A stretch of 64,000 bases of DNA from contig OY970067.1 of NCBI GenBank assembly GCA_963705305.1, positions 1,344,001 through 1,408,000 of the forward strand. The letters are read 5' to 3'. The notes under the pieces were generated by a model. The model had not been told where the DNA came from. It did no database searches and was given only the letters and a program-made list of their open reading frames with translations. Origin of the DNA: an uncultured Methylomirabilota bacterium (GTDB taxonomy: Bacteria > Methylomirabilota > Methylomirabilia > Methylomirabilales > 2-02-FULL-66-22). The translations under genes were made by a program, and so were the position numbers. Below are positions 1 to 9,385 of the stretch, piece after piece (position 1 is the stretch's first letter; the number at the start of each line of letters is the position of its first letter).

Positions 1-172
1 GATCACGATGCAAAGCGGGAGTGCCAGGAGCATCACAAGCGGCACGCTCCCCTCCATCCTCGGCTTCCCGGACGGGCTGCAGCAGTGGTGCCTCCGCACT
101 CGCCGTGACGGCGATCGCAGCTGCCGCCCGCATCTCGAGTTCGACCGGCTGCTCTGGCACGACAGAGCGGGC

Positions 173-499
173 TCAGCGACTCATCCAGAGGCCCATGACA
201 GCTCCGGCGATCCCGAGGAACAGGCCCACGGACACCCGCACAACCCACTCCATCGCGACGGCCTCGGCCACCGTCAATCCGAGCTTCCGGTGGGTCCAGG
301 CCCCCGCCTACATGAGACCGCTTTCGCCCTCCACCCCCTGTGTCCGTCGCAGCCACCAGCTCCGGGGGCAGAAGCAATAGTCGGCCAATTCGTTGGCGCC
401 CAAATCGGGGCGGTCCCCCCGCGGCGGTGGGATCCACGCCCCCCGCTTCTGCTGTCGCCAGCGTCACAGCGCCCCGCCTTTTGGTCCTTTGGATGTCAT
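173..499 (-). pseudogene. N-terminal half of a Cas4-like nuclease with C-terminal TM helix; two in-frame stops
   Basis: Manual translation from ATG 499: MTSKGPKGGAL*RWRQQKRGAWIPPPRGDRPDLGANELADYCFCPRSWWLRRTQGVEGESGLM*AGAWTHRKLG...VVRVSVGLFLGIAGAVMGLWMSR*. Contains a Cas4-type YxxCPR..W motif and G-x3-H. Start overlaps the upstream stop (ATGA). Absent from the ORF track. Confidence 0.65.
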
Positions 500-1099
500 C
501 CGCCCAACGCCTCATCGCAGACGTGGCGTAGCGCGCACCGCTGACATCTGGCCGGCGAGTGGTGGTCCGCGATGGAGATCCTTGTTGATTGCCAGGGCCC
601 GGCGCATCCGCTGGGCGGTCGCGAAGACCCCCTCCCGAATCTCCGGCGTGTTCTGAATGTGCACCTCACCGCGGGGAACCAGGGCCCCGCGTTCATCGAC
701 GTACCGAATCCAGCCCTCGGGGGGCGTCTGCCTCACCCGGCTGTCGCCCTGGCAGAGGACCAGAGCCGTGGCGAGCTGGAGGATGTGGCTCGGCCGGACC
801 TTCCCGGGCTCGAACCCCTGTCCTGCGGCCTTGTACTCGACCGGAAGCACGGCCCGAGTCGCGATGTGCTGCAGGAGCAAATCCACCTTTTCCGTGAGGC
901 TCCATTCATTGTCCCGGAGCAGGATGGCCCCGCGGCTGTCCATTCGGGCCTCCTGACCCAAGTCAGCCGAGAACACCCGGTAGCCTTTCGGGGTGTTGGC
1001 CTCGATCCCTGACCGCCTGCGACGCCAGACCGACAGGACCGGGAATCCGGTCAGAGCCAGGAAGAGGAGCGAGAGGGCTGCGAGCGTGCCTGCCTCCAC
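496..1099 (-). pseudogene. C-terminal half of a Cas4-like PD-(D/E)xK nuclease with N-terminal TM anchor; frameshift near 568
   Basis: N-terminal hydrophobic helix followed by RRRR; KVD...PVEYK...SHILQL nuclease motifs. The Cys triad HHSPARCQRCALRHVCDEAL lies in the adjacent frame (ORF 496..696). Confidence 0.7.
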
Positions 1100-1606
1100 T
1101 AACGGGGAAGCATACTCCGCCGCTTATGGAGAGGGCGATCCGCGACGGGGGGCTCTCTCAGGGGCAGTCGCCAACCCCATCAGAGAGAGGGGGGGCGCGA
1201 CCGGACCCCAATTCTCTCAACCCGCGCGTGCAGCGAAGAGGTGATGGCGCGCCACGCCATCGGACTCGCTCGGGTCAACGAGCCGCCGTACGCGGCGCAG
1301 GCGAGAAGGTGGTGAATGAGTTGTTCCCAGGGCAAGTATGGGGCTGTGCATCGGGGGACCAGGGGACTGGATCTGGCGGGGGTCAAGCTGTTTCGCAGGT
1401 GGGCCGCGGAAGCCACGGATAGCTCTATCAACTCCAGGTACCCTTATCATGGGATGGTCAACATCTATGGGTCCCGGATGAGCGTCCCGGCCGCGCTAGT
1501 GATCGGGCAGGCCACTTGGTCGGCGATCCGGCAGCGGGCGCGAAGCGATCGGGCCAGGGCGTTCCGTTCGATCTGGTTAGCGACTGTCTTCAAGACCGAA
1601 CGGCGC

Positions 1607-2767
1607 TTAGGCGGGATGTGAAGTAGGCGGCTCAGGTGCGGGGCCAGGGGATTCCGACTTCCCGCCGCCCTCGGGTGTTCCGCCGGTTGAGCCGGCCTCG
1701 GCGCCCCGCCGGAGATCGTCTCGGGTGAAGTGGACGTAACGGTCACTCGAGCGCCGGGAGCTGTGGCGAAGGAGGCCGGAGATCACCACGAGGTTCACGG
1801 CGTTGCGGAGGCGCTTGATCGCGAAATCGTGGCGCAGATCGTGCTGGCGCAGGTCCTTGATGTTCGCGGCGAGGCAAACGTCGTGGAAGACATGCGTGGC
1901 GTAGTCGACGGTCAGCGGGCGGCCGTCCGGCCAGCAGAACACCCAGTCGGAGCTGCGCGAGAGAGCCCCAAGAATCGCGACGGCCTTCTTGCTGAGGACC
2001 AGGTACTGCTTCTTGCCCGCCTTGGTTTCGGGCAGCTCAGCCAAGCGATCGCGCCAGAGAATCTTCGGCCACGTCAAGCCGGTCGCCTCTCCTGCCCGCG
2101 CACCGGTCTCGCCAAGGAACTCGAAGTATGGGTGGAGAACGGGAGGCTCGGTGGGGATTCCGGCCCAGAAGGCCTTCGCCTCCTCGGGGGTCATCTCTCG
2201 CGCGCGCTCGTTGTTCTCGGTCAGCAGCTCGACGGTGGCGAAGGGGCTGTGCAGGATCTTCCGTGCCTCCAGTGCGCGGTTCAGCACGGCCTTCAGGTCC
2301 TGCAAGAACCGATTGATACTCGCCGGCTTCCGCTTGCGTTTCCGCTTTTCGGTACGTGGGCCAACGGCCAGGTCGAGTTTGAGCTGCTCAATCTTGCTGG
2401 CCGGGATGTCCGTCGCCTCGATGTCGCCGAGCTTCTCAAGCACCTCGTCCAGCCTGCGCTCGATCACGTCGGCGGTCTTGTCGCCAGAGGCTTTCTTGGC
2501 GGTCATGTGCTCATTGATCAGCTGCTTCAGATGGACCGGCGGGAGGAATTTCTCTGGGAATCGCTGGCGGAGGACCTTCTCCGCCTTCTTGGCATCCCGA
2601 AACTCGACCGCCTGACTCTTCGTGCCGATGAGGGGACGATGGCGATTGCGGTCGCAGTCGTAGTACTCCACACCCCAATAACCCGGCTCCCGATTCGGAC
2701 CTACGCCCGGACCGGTGGGATCGGGTTTGAAGAAGAGGCCGCGGTCTTTCCCGCTCTTCCGTGCCAT
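1607..2767 (-). CDS. Tyrosine recombinase / phage-type integrase
   Basis: TGARAGE, TKAGK, HDLRH, LLRHS and RY catalytic motifs; KPASINR..LKA core-binding region; 386 aa. Confidence 0.92.
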   Translation of the reverse strand: MARKSGKDRGLFFKPDPTGPGVGPNREPGYWGVEYYDCDRNRHRPLIGTKSQAVEFRDAKKAEKVLRQRFPEKFLPPVHLKQLINEHMTAKKASGDKTADVIERRLDEVLEKLGDIEATDIPASKIEQLKLDLAVGPRTEKRKRKRKPASINRFLQDLKAVLNRALEARKILHSPFATVELLTENNERAREMTPEEAKAFWAGIPTEPPVLHPYFEFLGETGARAGEATGLTWPKILWRDRLAELPETKAGKKQYLVLSKKAVAILGALSRSSDWVFCWPDGRPLTVDYATHVFHDVCLAANIKDLRQHDLRHDFAIKRLRNAVNLVVISGLLRHSSRRSSDRYVHFTRDDLRRGAEAGSTGGTPEGGGKSESPGPAPEPPTSHPA

Positions 2768-2800
2768 GAGAGGTCTCGGACTGGATACCTGGTGATTGAG

Positions 2801-3073
2801 TTACGGCAGCGCTGTGTCGCGCGAAATCTGCGCGATGCGTTCACGATGGCGAGCGAGGTAGCGCTCCAGATCGATCCGGCGAAAGATGACACACCGGCCA
2901 ACCCGGATCACCGGAATGCGGTGCTTGGCTCGCCAGCGACGGTCTTCTAGCGTTCGTACCGAGACGCCGAGCAAATAGGCCGCATCCACGACGCGCAGCG
3001 ACTCGCGTAACGTCGGCTCTCTTGGATCGCTCGCCGCCCAAACTGGATCGCTGGCGCTTCCGAGGCCGCCCAT
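2801..3073 (-). CDS. Excisionase-like HTH_17 DNA-binding protein
   Basis: LRVVDAAYLLGVSVRTL...IPVIRVGRCVIFRRIDLE; directly upstream of the integrase. Start uncertain. Confidence 0.8.
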   Translation of the reverse strand: MGGLGSASDPVWAASDPREPTLRESLRVVDAAYLLGVSVRTLEDRRWRAKHRIPVIRVGRCVIFRRIDLERYLARHRERIAQISRDTALP

Positions 3074-3368
3074 CTGTGCTCTCCACGCTTGATCACTGCC
3101 GTGATCGAAGCTGGCACGAGCGTATGGGGCCCCTGGATTCAAACAAGGACACATTTCTGTTGGGCAGGCCGAAATCAGTCCGGCGGTCACTCTTCTTGGC
3201 CCCGACCGGACCAAGTCGCTTGGAACAAGAGCTTCATCTCGCTGCCGGCACGCGGCTCAAACGGGGCAGGGAGCAATTCAATTCCGTGATTGAGATGTGA
3301 TGGGCCGAGCTGCAGCAGGTGCGACACGGAAGGCGGGGGGCTACGTCGGGGGTCTGGGAACCGGTCCC

Positions 3369-3420
3369 TTTTGAGACAGAATCGCCATCGCTGTATTTCG
3401 GGGGCTTACGTGTCTCAAAA
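3369..3420. repeat. 10-bp perfect inverted repeat, candidate resolvase res subsite
   Basis: TTTTGAGACA (3369-3378) and TGTCTCAAAA (3411-3420) at the start of the resolvase. Confidence 0.5.
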
Positions 3421-3711
3421 TCCAGTCGCAAATCCAGCAAGACGAATTGGGTACGCCCGTGTCTCCACCGATGATCAAGATCCAGCCCTTCAAGTCGACG
3501 CCCTGCGCGGGGCGGGATGCACCGAGATCTTTGAGGATAAGATTTCAGGGGTGATCCGCAACCGTCCCGGGCTCGAGCGCGCCCTCGCTGCGGTGGAGCC
3601 CGGCGAAACTCTTGTCGTTTGGAAGCTCGACCGCCTTGGCCGGTCGCTGAGCGACTTGATCGACATCATCACAACGATAGGGAACTCCGGCTGCCATTTC
3701 CGCTCCCTCTC
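3410..3711 (+). pseudogene. Truncated serine resolvase/invertase (catalytic domain only)
   Basis: IGYARVSTDDQ...RPGL...LVVWKLDRLGRSL; similarity ends after FRSLS, and the E-helix and HTH are missing. Confidence 0.85.
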
Positions 3712-4396
3712 TTGGCGTCTCCAGGGCAACCCTATACCGGGCGTTGGCGCGACTTCCCGACTGAGAGCCCGGATGGCCGATGGCCGGGTGATTGGCGAGC
3801 GGACTTCTCGCTCGCGCTCAAGCACGGGAGGCCGCGATGCAGCCCGTTCAGTTGATTCGCACCGGGGAGACGCTGGTCCTCCATCAGACGGCACGGCGCA
3901 GTAGGACCGCCTCGTTTTCGAGGCGCAACTCCTTCTCGAACCGCAAGGCCGCCTTGTCGGGCGAGCAGGCCACGGCGCACTACCTGCGGGCACTCCACGG
4001 CATCGTCGAGCAGCAGGCGAGCGAGGTCCATGCGGCCGGACGCGGGGACAGAGGTGATGAACTGACGCAGTTTACCAACCTCCACACTCGCCGCACAAGC
4101 TTCGCATCCCGAGACTCGCCGTGATGCCGACGTGACTGCAATTCCCGCTCACTGCAATAGCTTGCGCTGACTCCTGCGGCTCTCGTGGGCAAGCGGCCGT
4201 GCCTCCGGGGAGACAGAGCAGCGCGAGGCTTGACGCTCAGTCTCGCCAGCCGTCAGCTTCTTCGCGGCGACCTCGGCCTTGACTTCGATCAGAGCAAGAG
4301 ATAGCCTTCGTTAGCATTCCACCGCTCGCACCTCCGCCTGCCCAGGCCCTCGGGCCTTTCATACGTTATGCAAACCTGACTGAGGGGGTGGGGCTC

Positions 4397-5176
4397 ATGA
4401 GCCGCCAAATCCTTCTTGAGCCACAGCAGGATCAGCTCTTCCGCGACTTGGTGGAAGCGGAACGCCGGGTGCCGCGCGAGCGGCGAGAACCGTTCTATGT
4501 CTTGAGAGTAAACATACCCACCGGCGTTCTCTTGATGCACGCGGGGTGGCAGGATCCCAACCGAGCGGTATTCGAAGGCGACATCGACACGCTCGCCCAG
4601 CGTGGGCTGATAGCAATCATGCAACGAGGGAACACCCCCTCGTTCTACGTCACGCCAGAGGGCTTCAACTATTATACCGAACTGATGGCGGCGATGGGCG
4701 AGCCGATGGAACGTCTCCAGAAGGTGACGCTCGACTATCTGAGCAACCCAGGGTTTCAATTGCGTTACCCGGCCGCCTTCGTAAAATGGGCCAAAGCGGA
4801 AGAGCTGCTGTGGGGCAGCGACAGTGCGGAAGAGTACACGACCATCGGCCACTTGCTGCGCGAGGCAATGCAAGAATTCGCGACGGAGCTGGTTGACCGC
4901 TTCCAACCACCGAATGTCGAGCAGGACAAGGCGAAGACAATCAAGCGAATCCGAGCGGTGATTGAAGCGAGGAGACGGAGCGAAGGCGTAGCGAAATTCC
5001 TTGAAGCACTCGTCTCCTACTGGGGAGCGGTAAGTGACCTCATCCAGCGACAAGAGCACGGCGGGCAGAAGGAAGGCGAGGCGCTCGGTTGGCCCGACGC
5101 CCGGCGAGCCGTGTTTCAGGTCGCGATAATTATGCTTGAGGTAAACAGCGCGCTGCTGAACGAGACAAAATCGTAA
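4397..5176 (+). CDS. Putative wHTH + HEPN/Abi_C-like protein
   Basis: N-terminal LAQRGLI...FYVTPEG wHTH-like segment; helical C-terminus with LREAMQEF and LIQRQEHG...DARRAV. Visibly lower GC than the core. Confidence 0.5.
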   Translation: MSRQILLEPQQDQLFRDLVEAERRVPRERREPFYVLRVNIPTGVLLMHAGWQDPNRAVFEGDIDTLAQRGLIAIMQRGNTPSFYVTPEGFNYYTELMAAMGEPMERLQKVTLDYLSNPGFQLRYPAAFVKWAKAEELLWGSDSAEEYTTIGHLLREAMQEFATELVDRFQPPNVEQDKAKTIKRIRAVIEARRRSEGVAKFLEALVSYWGAVSDLIQRQEHGGQKEGEALGWPDARRAVFQVAIIMLEVNSALLNETKS

Positions 5177-5225
5177 GTCGGGCTCGCGTTGGCAGTAAGT
5201 CGCTTGACGGCCCGTGGAGTACAAC

Positions 5226-6365
5226 ATGGCCGATGAATTCGAAGAGATCGCGCACTCCGGAGGAAAGATAAGCTTCACAATTCACACGGACGAAGAAGGC
5301 CGCACCACATATCAGATCAGCTTAACTGGCAGTCGGCCTGTGCCCATGACGCTGATGGCAGTCTACGCCTTGCCTCAAGGCGTGCCGGTCGAGACGATAC
5401 GCCTCGGCGGAATTGGGCAGCCGTGGAACCCGCCGCCCTTTCCTGGGTGCTTTGCCGTCCTCATCGCTTCCGACACGGAAGGGCAATTCGGGCACGTTTG
5501 CCCTGCCTGCAAAGGCTACTGGCGGAGTGGGCCGTTTCCTGGTCTGTGCCCATACTGTGCTTCACGCGGCAAGGCACACCAATTCATTTCGCTGGCTCAA
5601 CTTCGCTATGTCCGTCAGTACTGTACCGTCCTCAGCGACGCCCTTGCTGCCGCCGGCAACAGTGAAGTGGTGATAGATATGGATGCCGTCGCGGATGCTG
5701 TGGGCAAAGAAGGCGAAAAGCCGGCGTTCTACGTATCGGAGCAAAGCCAACAACGCAAATTCGATTGCCGGGCGTGCGGTGAATTCAACGATATTCTGGG
5801 TCGTTACGGCTACTGCTCGTCATGTGGGACGCGGAACGATCTGGCAGACTTTGAAGATCAGACCGCACGGAGCGTTCGTGAGCGAATAAACGCCGGGCAA
5901 GCACCTGAAGATTGCGTTAGAGATGCAGTCTCAGCCTTCGACTCCTTCATGGCCCAAATCGCTAATCAGTTGATAGAACTCGTGCCGATGACAGAACGTC
6001 GCAAGGAGCGGCTCTCCAGACACCGATTTCAGAACCTCGAAGAGGTACGGGAGACTTTCAGGGGTTGGTTTGACATTGACCCGTGCGCGGGGATGAGCGA
6101 GGAGGAGCGCAAGTTCGTAGCCTTGCTGTTTCATCGCCGGCATGTGTACGAGCATAAGGGTGGCGAGGTCGATCAGAAGTACCTCGACGACACCGGCGAC
6201 ACCACGGTACAGCTAAAGCAGCGGTTACACGAAACCCAGAGGGATGCGCACAGATTGGTCGGCCTCTTGGTCAAGATGGCCCGGAACGTTCACGCTACCT
6301 TCCACGAGATGTTCCCACCGATCTCTGAACCAATCGAGGATCACGCTCGGCGTCACCGTCGCTAA
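5226..6365 (+). CDS. Zinc-ribbon + HEPN domain protein
   Basis: Four CxxC motifs (CPAC, CPYC, CRAC, CSSC); C-terminal RRHVYEHKGGEVDQKY Rx4H HEPN motif. Confidence 0.65.
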   Translation: MADEFEEIAHSGGKISFTIHTDEEGRTTYQISLTGSRPVPMTLMAVYALPQGVPVETIRLGGIGQPWNPPPFPGCFAVLIASDTEGQFGHVCPACKGYWRSGPFPGLCPYCASRGKAHQFISLAQLRYVRQYCTVLSDALAAAGNSEVVIDMDAVADAVGKEGEKPAFYVSEQSQQRKFDCRACGEFNDILGRYGYCSSCGTRNDLADFEDQTARSVRERINAGQAPEDCVRDAVSAFDSFMAQIANQLIELVPMTERRKERLSRHRFQNLEEVRETFRGWFDIDPCAGMSEEERKFVALLFHRRHVYEHKGGEVDQKYLDDTGDTTVQLKQRLHETQRDAHRLVGLLVKMARNVHATFHEMFPPISEPIEDHARRHRR

Positions 6366-6952
6366 CCCCCGTAGCCCCGGCTTACTTCCCCACGCACCAC
6401 ACACCGGCCCTTTGCCTTCATGCGCCTTTCGTAGAACGTCTCCCCCGGCAAATCGGGATTGATCTACTGGCAGGATAGGGTTTCACAATGCGGGCCGTAG
6501 GAGTGCCTGGGGAGCGGCGTCAGTTGCGTGTGTGTCCTGGGCTCTTTACATTTGGGGTTCACGATCGCGGCGAGCCGGCTGTCGGGATGGCAGCGGACTC
6601 CAGGTCCGCGTTCTGAGCCAGGAAGTGTCGCCAGCCGTCGGTCCGGTCGGCTGCATGGGCGCGTTGACCTCACTCAGAGTTCGCCGCGGCCGTATTGGAG
6701 GACACACCATCATCGGCCTGGTGATTCATTGCAGTGCCTGGCTCCTTACCAGGAGTTCGCCTGCCAACGCTCGCGCTCGGGAGAGAGAACACCAGGAGCC
6801 AATACTATTTTAGGTGCTCCTAAACTTAGTGGCGGTTCGCTACAGAATTTGGCCGTATTTCATCGTACTGGACCGTACCGGTCCCCAAATACTAAGGCCA
6901 GCGCAACTCCTTGTCGCGCGGGCCTTTTCGTCGAAAAACCGTATCAAATCTG

Positions 6953-7027
6953 TGGCTCCCCGGGTAGGACTCGAACCTACAACCTAGCGGTTAACAGCCG
7001 CTCGCTCCACCATTGAGCTACCGGGGA
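6953..7027 (-). tRNA. tRNA-Asn (GTT)
   Basis: Cloverleaf TCCCCGG...CTGTTAA...GTTCGAGTCC...CCGGGGAGCCA. Confidence 0.97.
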
Positions 7028-7030
7028 ATA

Positions 7031-7381
7031 TTATCTTGTCTCGACCTGATCTCGCGGGGCCTGCTCCAAAACTTTCTTTAACCACTCGCGGCCGCGGCCC
7101 GACTTTAAGTATTTCTCGCGCCCCATTGCCTCCCGCCTCGACGGAAGGCGTTCAGCATGAACGAGGAGCCAGGGACCCGGGCTTCGTTTCGTAAATACGC
7201 TCCGATTCTTCTCCGGGTCATTGTGCTGCCTGAGGCGCCCCTCCAAGTTGTCCGTCTGCCCTACGTACAGCCTTCCGCTTGCTTGGCTGCGGATGACGTA
7301 GACCCAAAACCTCCCCGGTTCGCTGCGCCATTCACTGGGCTTCGGCAGATTGCTCCTCATCCGCCGCACTCGGCTCGTCAT
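7031..7381 (-). CDS. Small GIY-YIG nuclease (YhbQ/SLX1-like)
   Basis: WVYVI...LYVGQT.NL..RL.QHN...FTK...PW.L...EA..RE..LKSG.GR. Start uncertain. Confidence 0.9.
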   Translation of the reverse strand: MTSRVRRMRSNLPKPSEWRSEPGRFWVYVIRSQASGRLYVGQTDNLEGRLRQHNDPEKNRSVFTKRSPGPWLLVHAERLPSRREAMGREKYLKSGRGREWLKKVLEQAPRDQVETR

Positions 7382-7395
7382 TGAGCTACCGGGGA
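7311..7395 (-). ncRNA. tRNA-Asn-like element (acceptor stem and D arm only)
   Basis: 18-bp identity with the tRNA-Asn 5' end (7379-7396 vs 7011-7028); ends CCGGGGAG like the real tRNA; no T-loop, anticodon loop or CCA. Confidence 0.55.
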
Positions 7396-7415
7396 AAGCT
7401 GGGATGGCGCCGCGT

Positions 7416-7444
7416 ACTATACCAACAGTTCGTCCGTGCCGCAA
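7416..7444 (-). promoter_or_regulatory. Sigma70-type promoter for the tRNA-like/GIY-YIG/tRNA-Asn unit
   Basis: TTGCGG-17 bp-TATAGT on the minus strand. Confidence 0.6.
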
Positions 7445-7467
7445 GCCGGCGCTACGGGACGGGACGG

Positions 7468-8061
7468 CTAGGTCGTCATTTTCTTCCGGATGTCACCGAG
7501 GACCAGCTTGGCGCCCGCCTTCAGCGTCTCGAAGACGCCGACGCCCTTGGTGGCGCAGGCCTCGAAGGCCGGCACGCCCCGCGCGTTCAGGGCCGAGTCA
7601 AGGTCGCTCACGGAGACGATGTTGGGCAGGTCGCGCTTGTTGTACTGAAACACCAGGGGGAGATCCGACAGCTTCTGACTCTGCTCGGCCAGGTTCCCCT
7701 CCAGGTTCTCCATGCTCTCGACGTTCGCCTCCAGCCGCTCCAGTTGGGAGTCGGCCACGAAGATCACGCCGTCCACGCCGCGAAGGATGAGTTTCCGGCT
7801 GGCGTCGTAGAAGACCTGCCCCGGAACCGTGTAGAGGTGAAAGCGCGTCTTGAAGCCCCGGATGGTTCCCAGTTCCAGCGGGAGGAAGTCAAAGAAGAGC
7901 GTCCGTTCCGTCTCGGTGGCCAAGGAGATCAGCTTCCCCTTGGTGGCGGGATCCACCTTGGCATGGATGAACTGCAGGTTCGTGGTCTTCCCGCAGAGTC
8001 CCGGGCCGTAATAGACCAGCTTGCAGTTGATCTCTCGGGCGGCGTAATTGACGAAGGACAC
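7468..8061 (-). CDS. mglA: MglA small GTPase
   Basis: [33 protein letters not shown] motifs. Confidence 0.95.
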   Translation of the reverse strand: MSFVNYAAREINCKLVYYGPGLCGKTTNLQFIHAKVDPATKGKLISLATETERTLFFDFLPLELGTIRGFKTRFHLYTVPGQVFYDASRKLILRGVDGVIFVADSQLERLEANVESMENLEGNLAEQSQKLSDLPLVFQYNKRDLPNIVSVSDLDSALNARGVPAFEACATKGVGVFETLKAGAKLVLGDIRKKMTT

Positions 8062-8070
8062 GCTGGCGCC

Positions 8071-8577
8071 TCAGTTCGATAGCAGTTTGTCGATGTCGTC
8101 GTCGGTGATCTCGCCCAGGGCGGCCCGCATGGCCGCCTGCTGGGGGCTGGCGCCCCCGGCGGCTCGCCGGTCGATCTGGACGAGCACCTGCCCTATGTCA
8201 TCAATGGCCCGCCGGATGCGGAGGCGGACCAGCCCCATGGGAGCCCGCCGGTCGAAGACCACGACCAGGATCAGGCGCCGCTCCACCGCGGTGATGTGCA
8301 GCCGGTCGGCGTCGCCCTCCAGGGACAGGGCCTGGAATCCGCTGGCGCCCATCAGGTCGGCCAGGCTGCCCGTGGCCGCCATGCTGCCGGCGACCAGCGA
8401 GGCCAGCGCCGTGATGTCGATGCCCGCGGACTCACCGGCCGCGGCCACCAGCCGCCCGTGGCGGTCGGTGAGAAACACGGCACGGCTGCCGGACTCGGCG
8501 CACAGCCACTGCAGCGTGGCCGTCAGGCGCCGCTCGTCCTCCTCGAAGAGCACCAGGTCCGTGGGAGGCGTGCTCAC
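8071..8577 (-). CDS. mglB: MglB roadblock/LC7 GAP
   Basis: Roadblock fold, GLVRLR motif, C-terminal ITDDDIDKL; adjacent to mglA. Confidence 0.9.
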   Translation of the reverse strand: MSTPPTDLVLFEEDERRLTATLQWLCAESGSRAVFLTDRHGRLVAAAGESAGIDITALASLVAGSMAATGSLADLMGASGFQALSLEGDADRLHITAVERRLILVVVFDRRAPMGLVRLRIRRAIDDIGQVLVQIDRRAAGGASPQQAAMRAALGEITDDDIDKLLSN

Positions 8578-8588
8578 CGGGCCGCTCC

Positions 8589-9191
8589 TTATCCGATCTC
8601 CCGTCGCCCCTCGAGCGCCCGGGCCAGCGTCGCCTCGTCGGCGTACTCGAGATCGCCGCCCATGGGCAGCCCGCGCGCGATGCGGGTCACCTTCACCGGA
8701 AACGGCTTCAGCAGCCGCAGCAGATAGAGCGCGGTCGCCTCGCCTTCCACGTTGGGATTCGTGGCCAGGATGACTTCCCGGGCCTCGGCCTCCTCCAAAC
8801 GCGCCACCAGCTCGCGCGCCCGGATCTGCTCGGGCCCGCGGCCGTCCAGCGGCGAGAGCGATCCGCCGAGGACGTGGTAGAGGCCGCGGAACTCCCGGGT
8901 CTTCTCGATGGCCAGGAGGTCATTGACCTCCTCCACCACGCACAGCACCGCCGCCTCGCGGCGCGGGTCCAGGCAGATGCCGCATAGCTCCCCTTCGGCG
9001 ATATTGAAGCAGCGCCGGCAGGACTGCGTACGATCCTTCAGGCCCACCACCGCCTCGGCCAGCGCCACGGCGTCCTCCCGCGGCGCCTTGAGGAGGTGGA
9101 AGGCCAGCCGCTGGGCCGTCTTGGGTCCGATGCCGGGCAGCCGGACGAGCTGATCGATCAGCGAGCCAAGGGCAGCGGGCATCAGTGGCAT
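8589..9191 (-). CDS. recR: Recombination mediator RecR
   Basis: LPGIGPKTAQRLA, C4 zinc finger, Toprim ATNPNVEGEATA. Confidence 0.96.
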   Translation of the reverse strand: MPLMPAALGSLIDQLVRLPGIGPKTAQRLAFHLLKAPREDAVALAEAVVGLKDRTQSCRRCFNIAEGELCGICLDPRREAAVLCVVEEVNDLLAIEKTREFRGLYHVLGGSLSPLDGRGPEQIRARELVARLEEAEAREVILATNPNVEGEATALYLLRLLKPFPVKVTRIARGLPMGGDLEYADEATLARALEGRREIG

Positions 9192-9212
9192 GCAGCTCTC
9201 CCCACTTACTGA

Positions 9213-9385
9213 CAGGCTGCTGAAAAACTCATTCTCGGTCAGGCTGCTCAAAAGGGCCCAGGTGCAAGGCGGCGCGCGATGAGCCGAGTGAGGCGTACTT
9301 CCGGTACGCCGCAGCGAGTGCCCGAGCGCGCGGGGCACCCATCCGAAGGATGGGTCTCGGCAGATGGGCCTTTTTCAGCAGCCTG
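9213..9385. mobile_element. MITE-like element with CAGGCTGCTGAAAAA terminal inverted repeats
   Basis: IRs at 9213-9227 and 9371-9385, with a nested second left end at 9240-9260; abuts CTAG at the ybaB stop; no transposase. Confidence 0.7.

Noticed and set aside
173..499. Stop-codon recoding (Sec/Pyl) to explain the TGA and TAG in the Cas4 N-half
   Set aside because: Two different stops plus a neighbouring frameshift, and TAG/TGA end ordinary genes here; decay or sequence error is simpler.
1100..1606. Short ORFs between the Cas4-like gene and the integrase
   Set aside because: No motifs, RBS or consistent coding signal.
3712..4290. IS or other coding remnant truncating the resolvase
   Set aside because: The junction is abrupt, but I found no recognisable transposase motif or matching inverted repeat.
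4300..6420. Integron cassette array (GTTATGC before ORF 4397, GTTGGCA before ORF 5226, TAAC at the 6365 stop)
   Set aside because: I could not pair complete attC R''/R' boxes with a stem, and the integrase lacks IntI features.
7468..8577. mglAB as a novel system
   Set aside because: Well-known GTPase/GAP polarity module.
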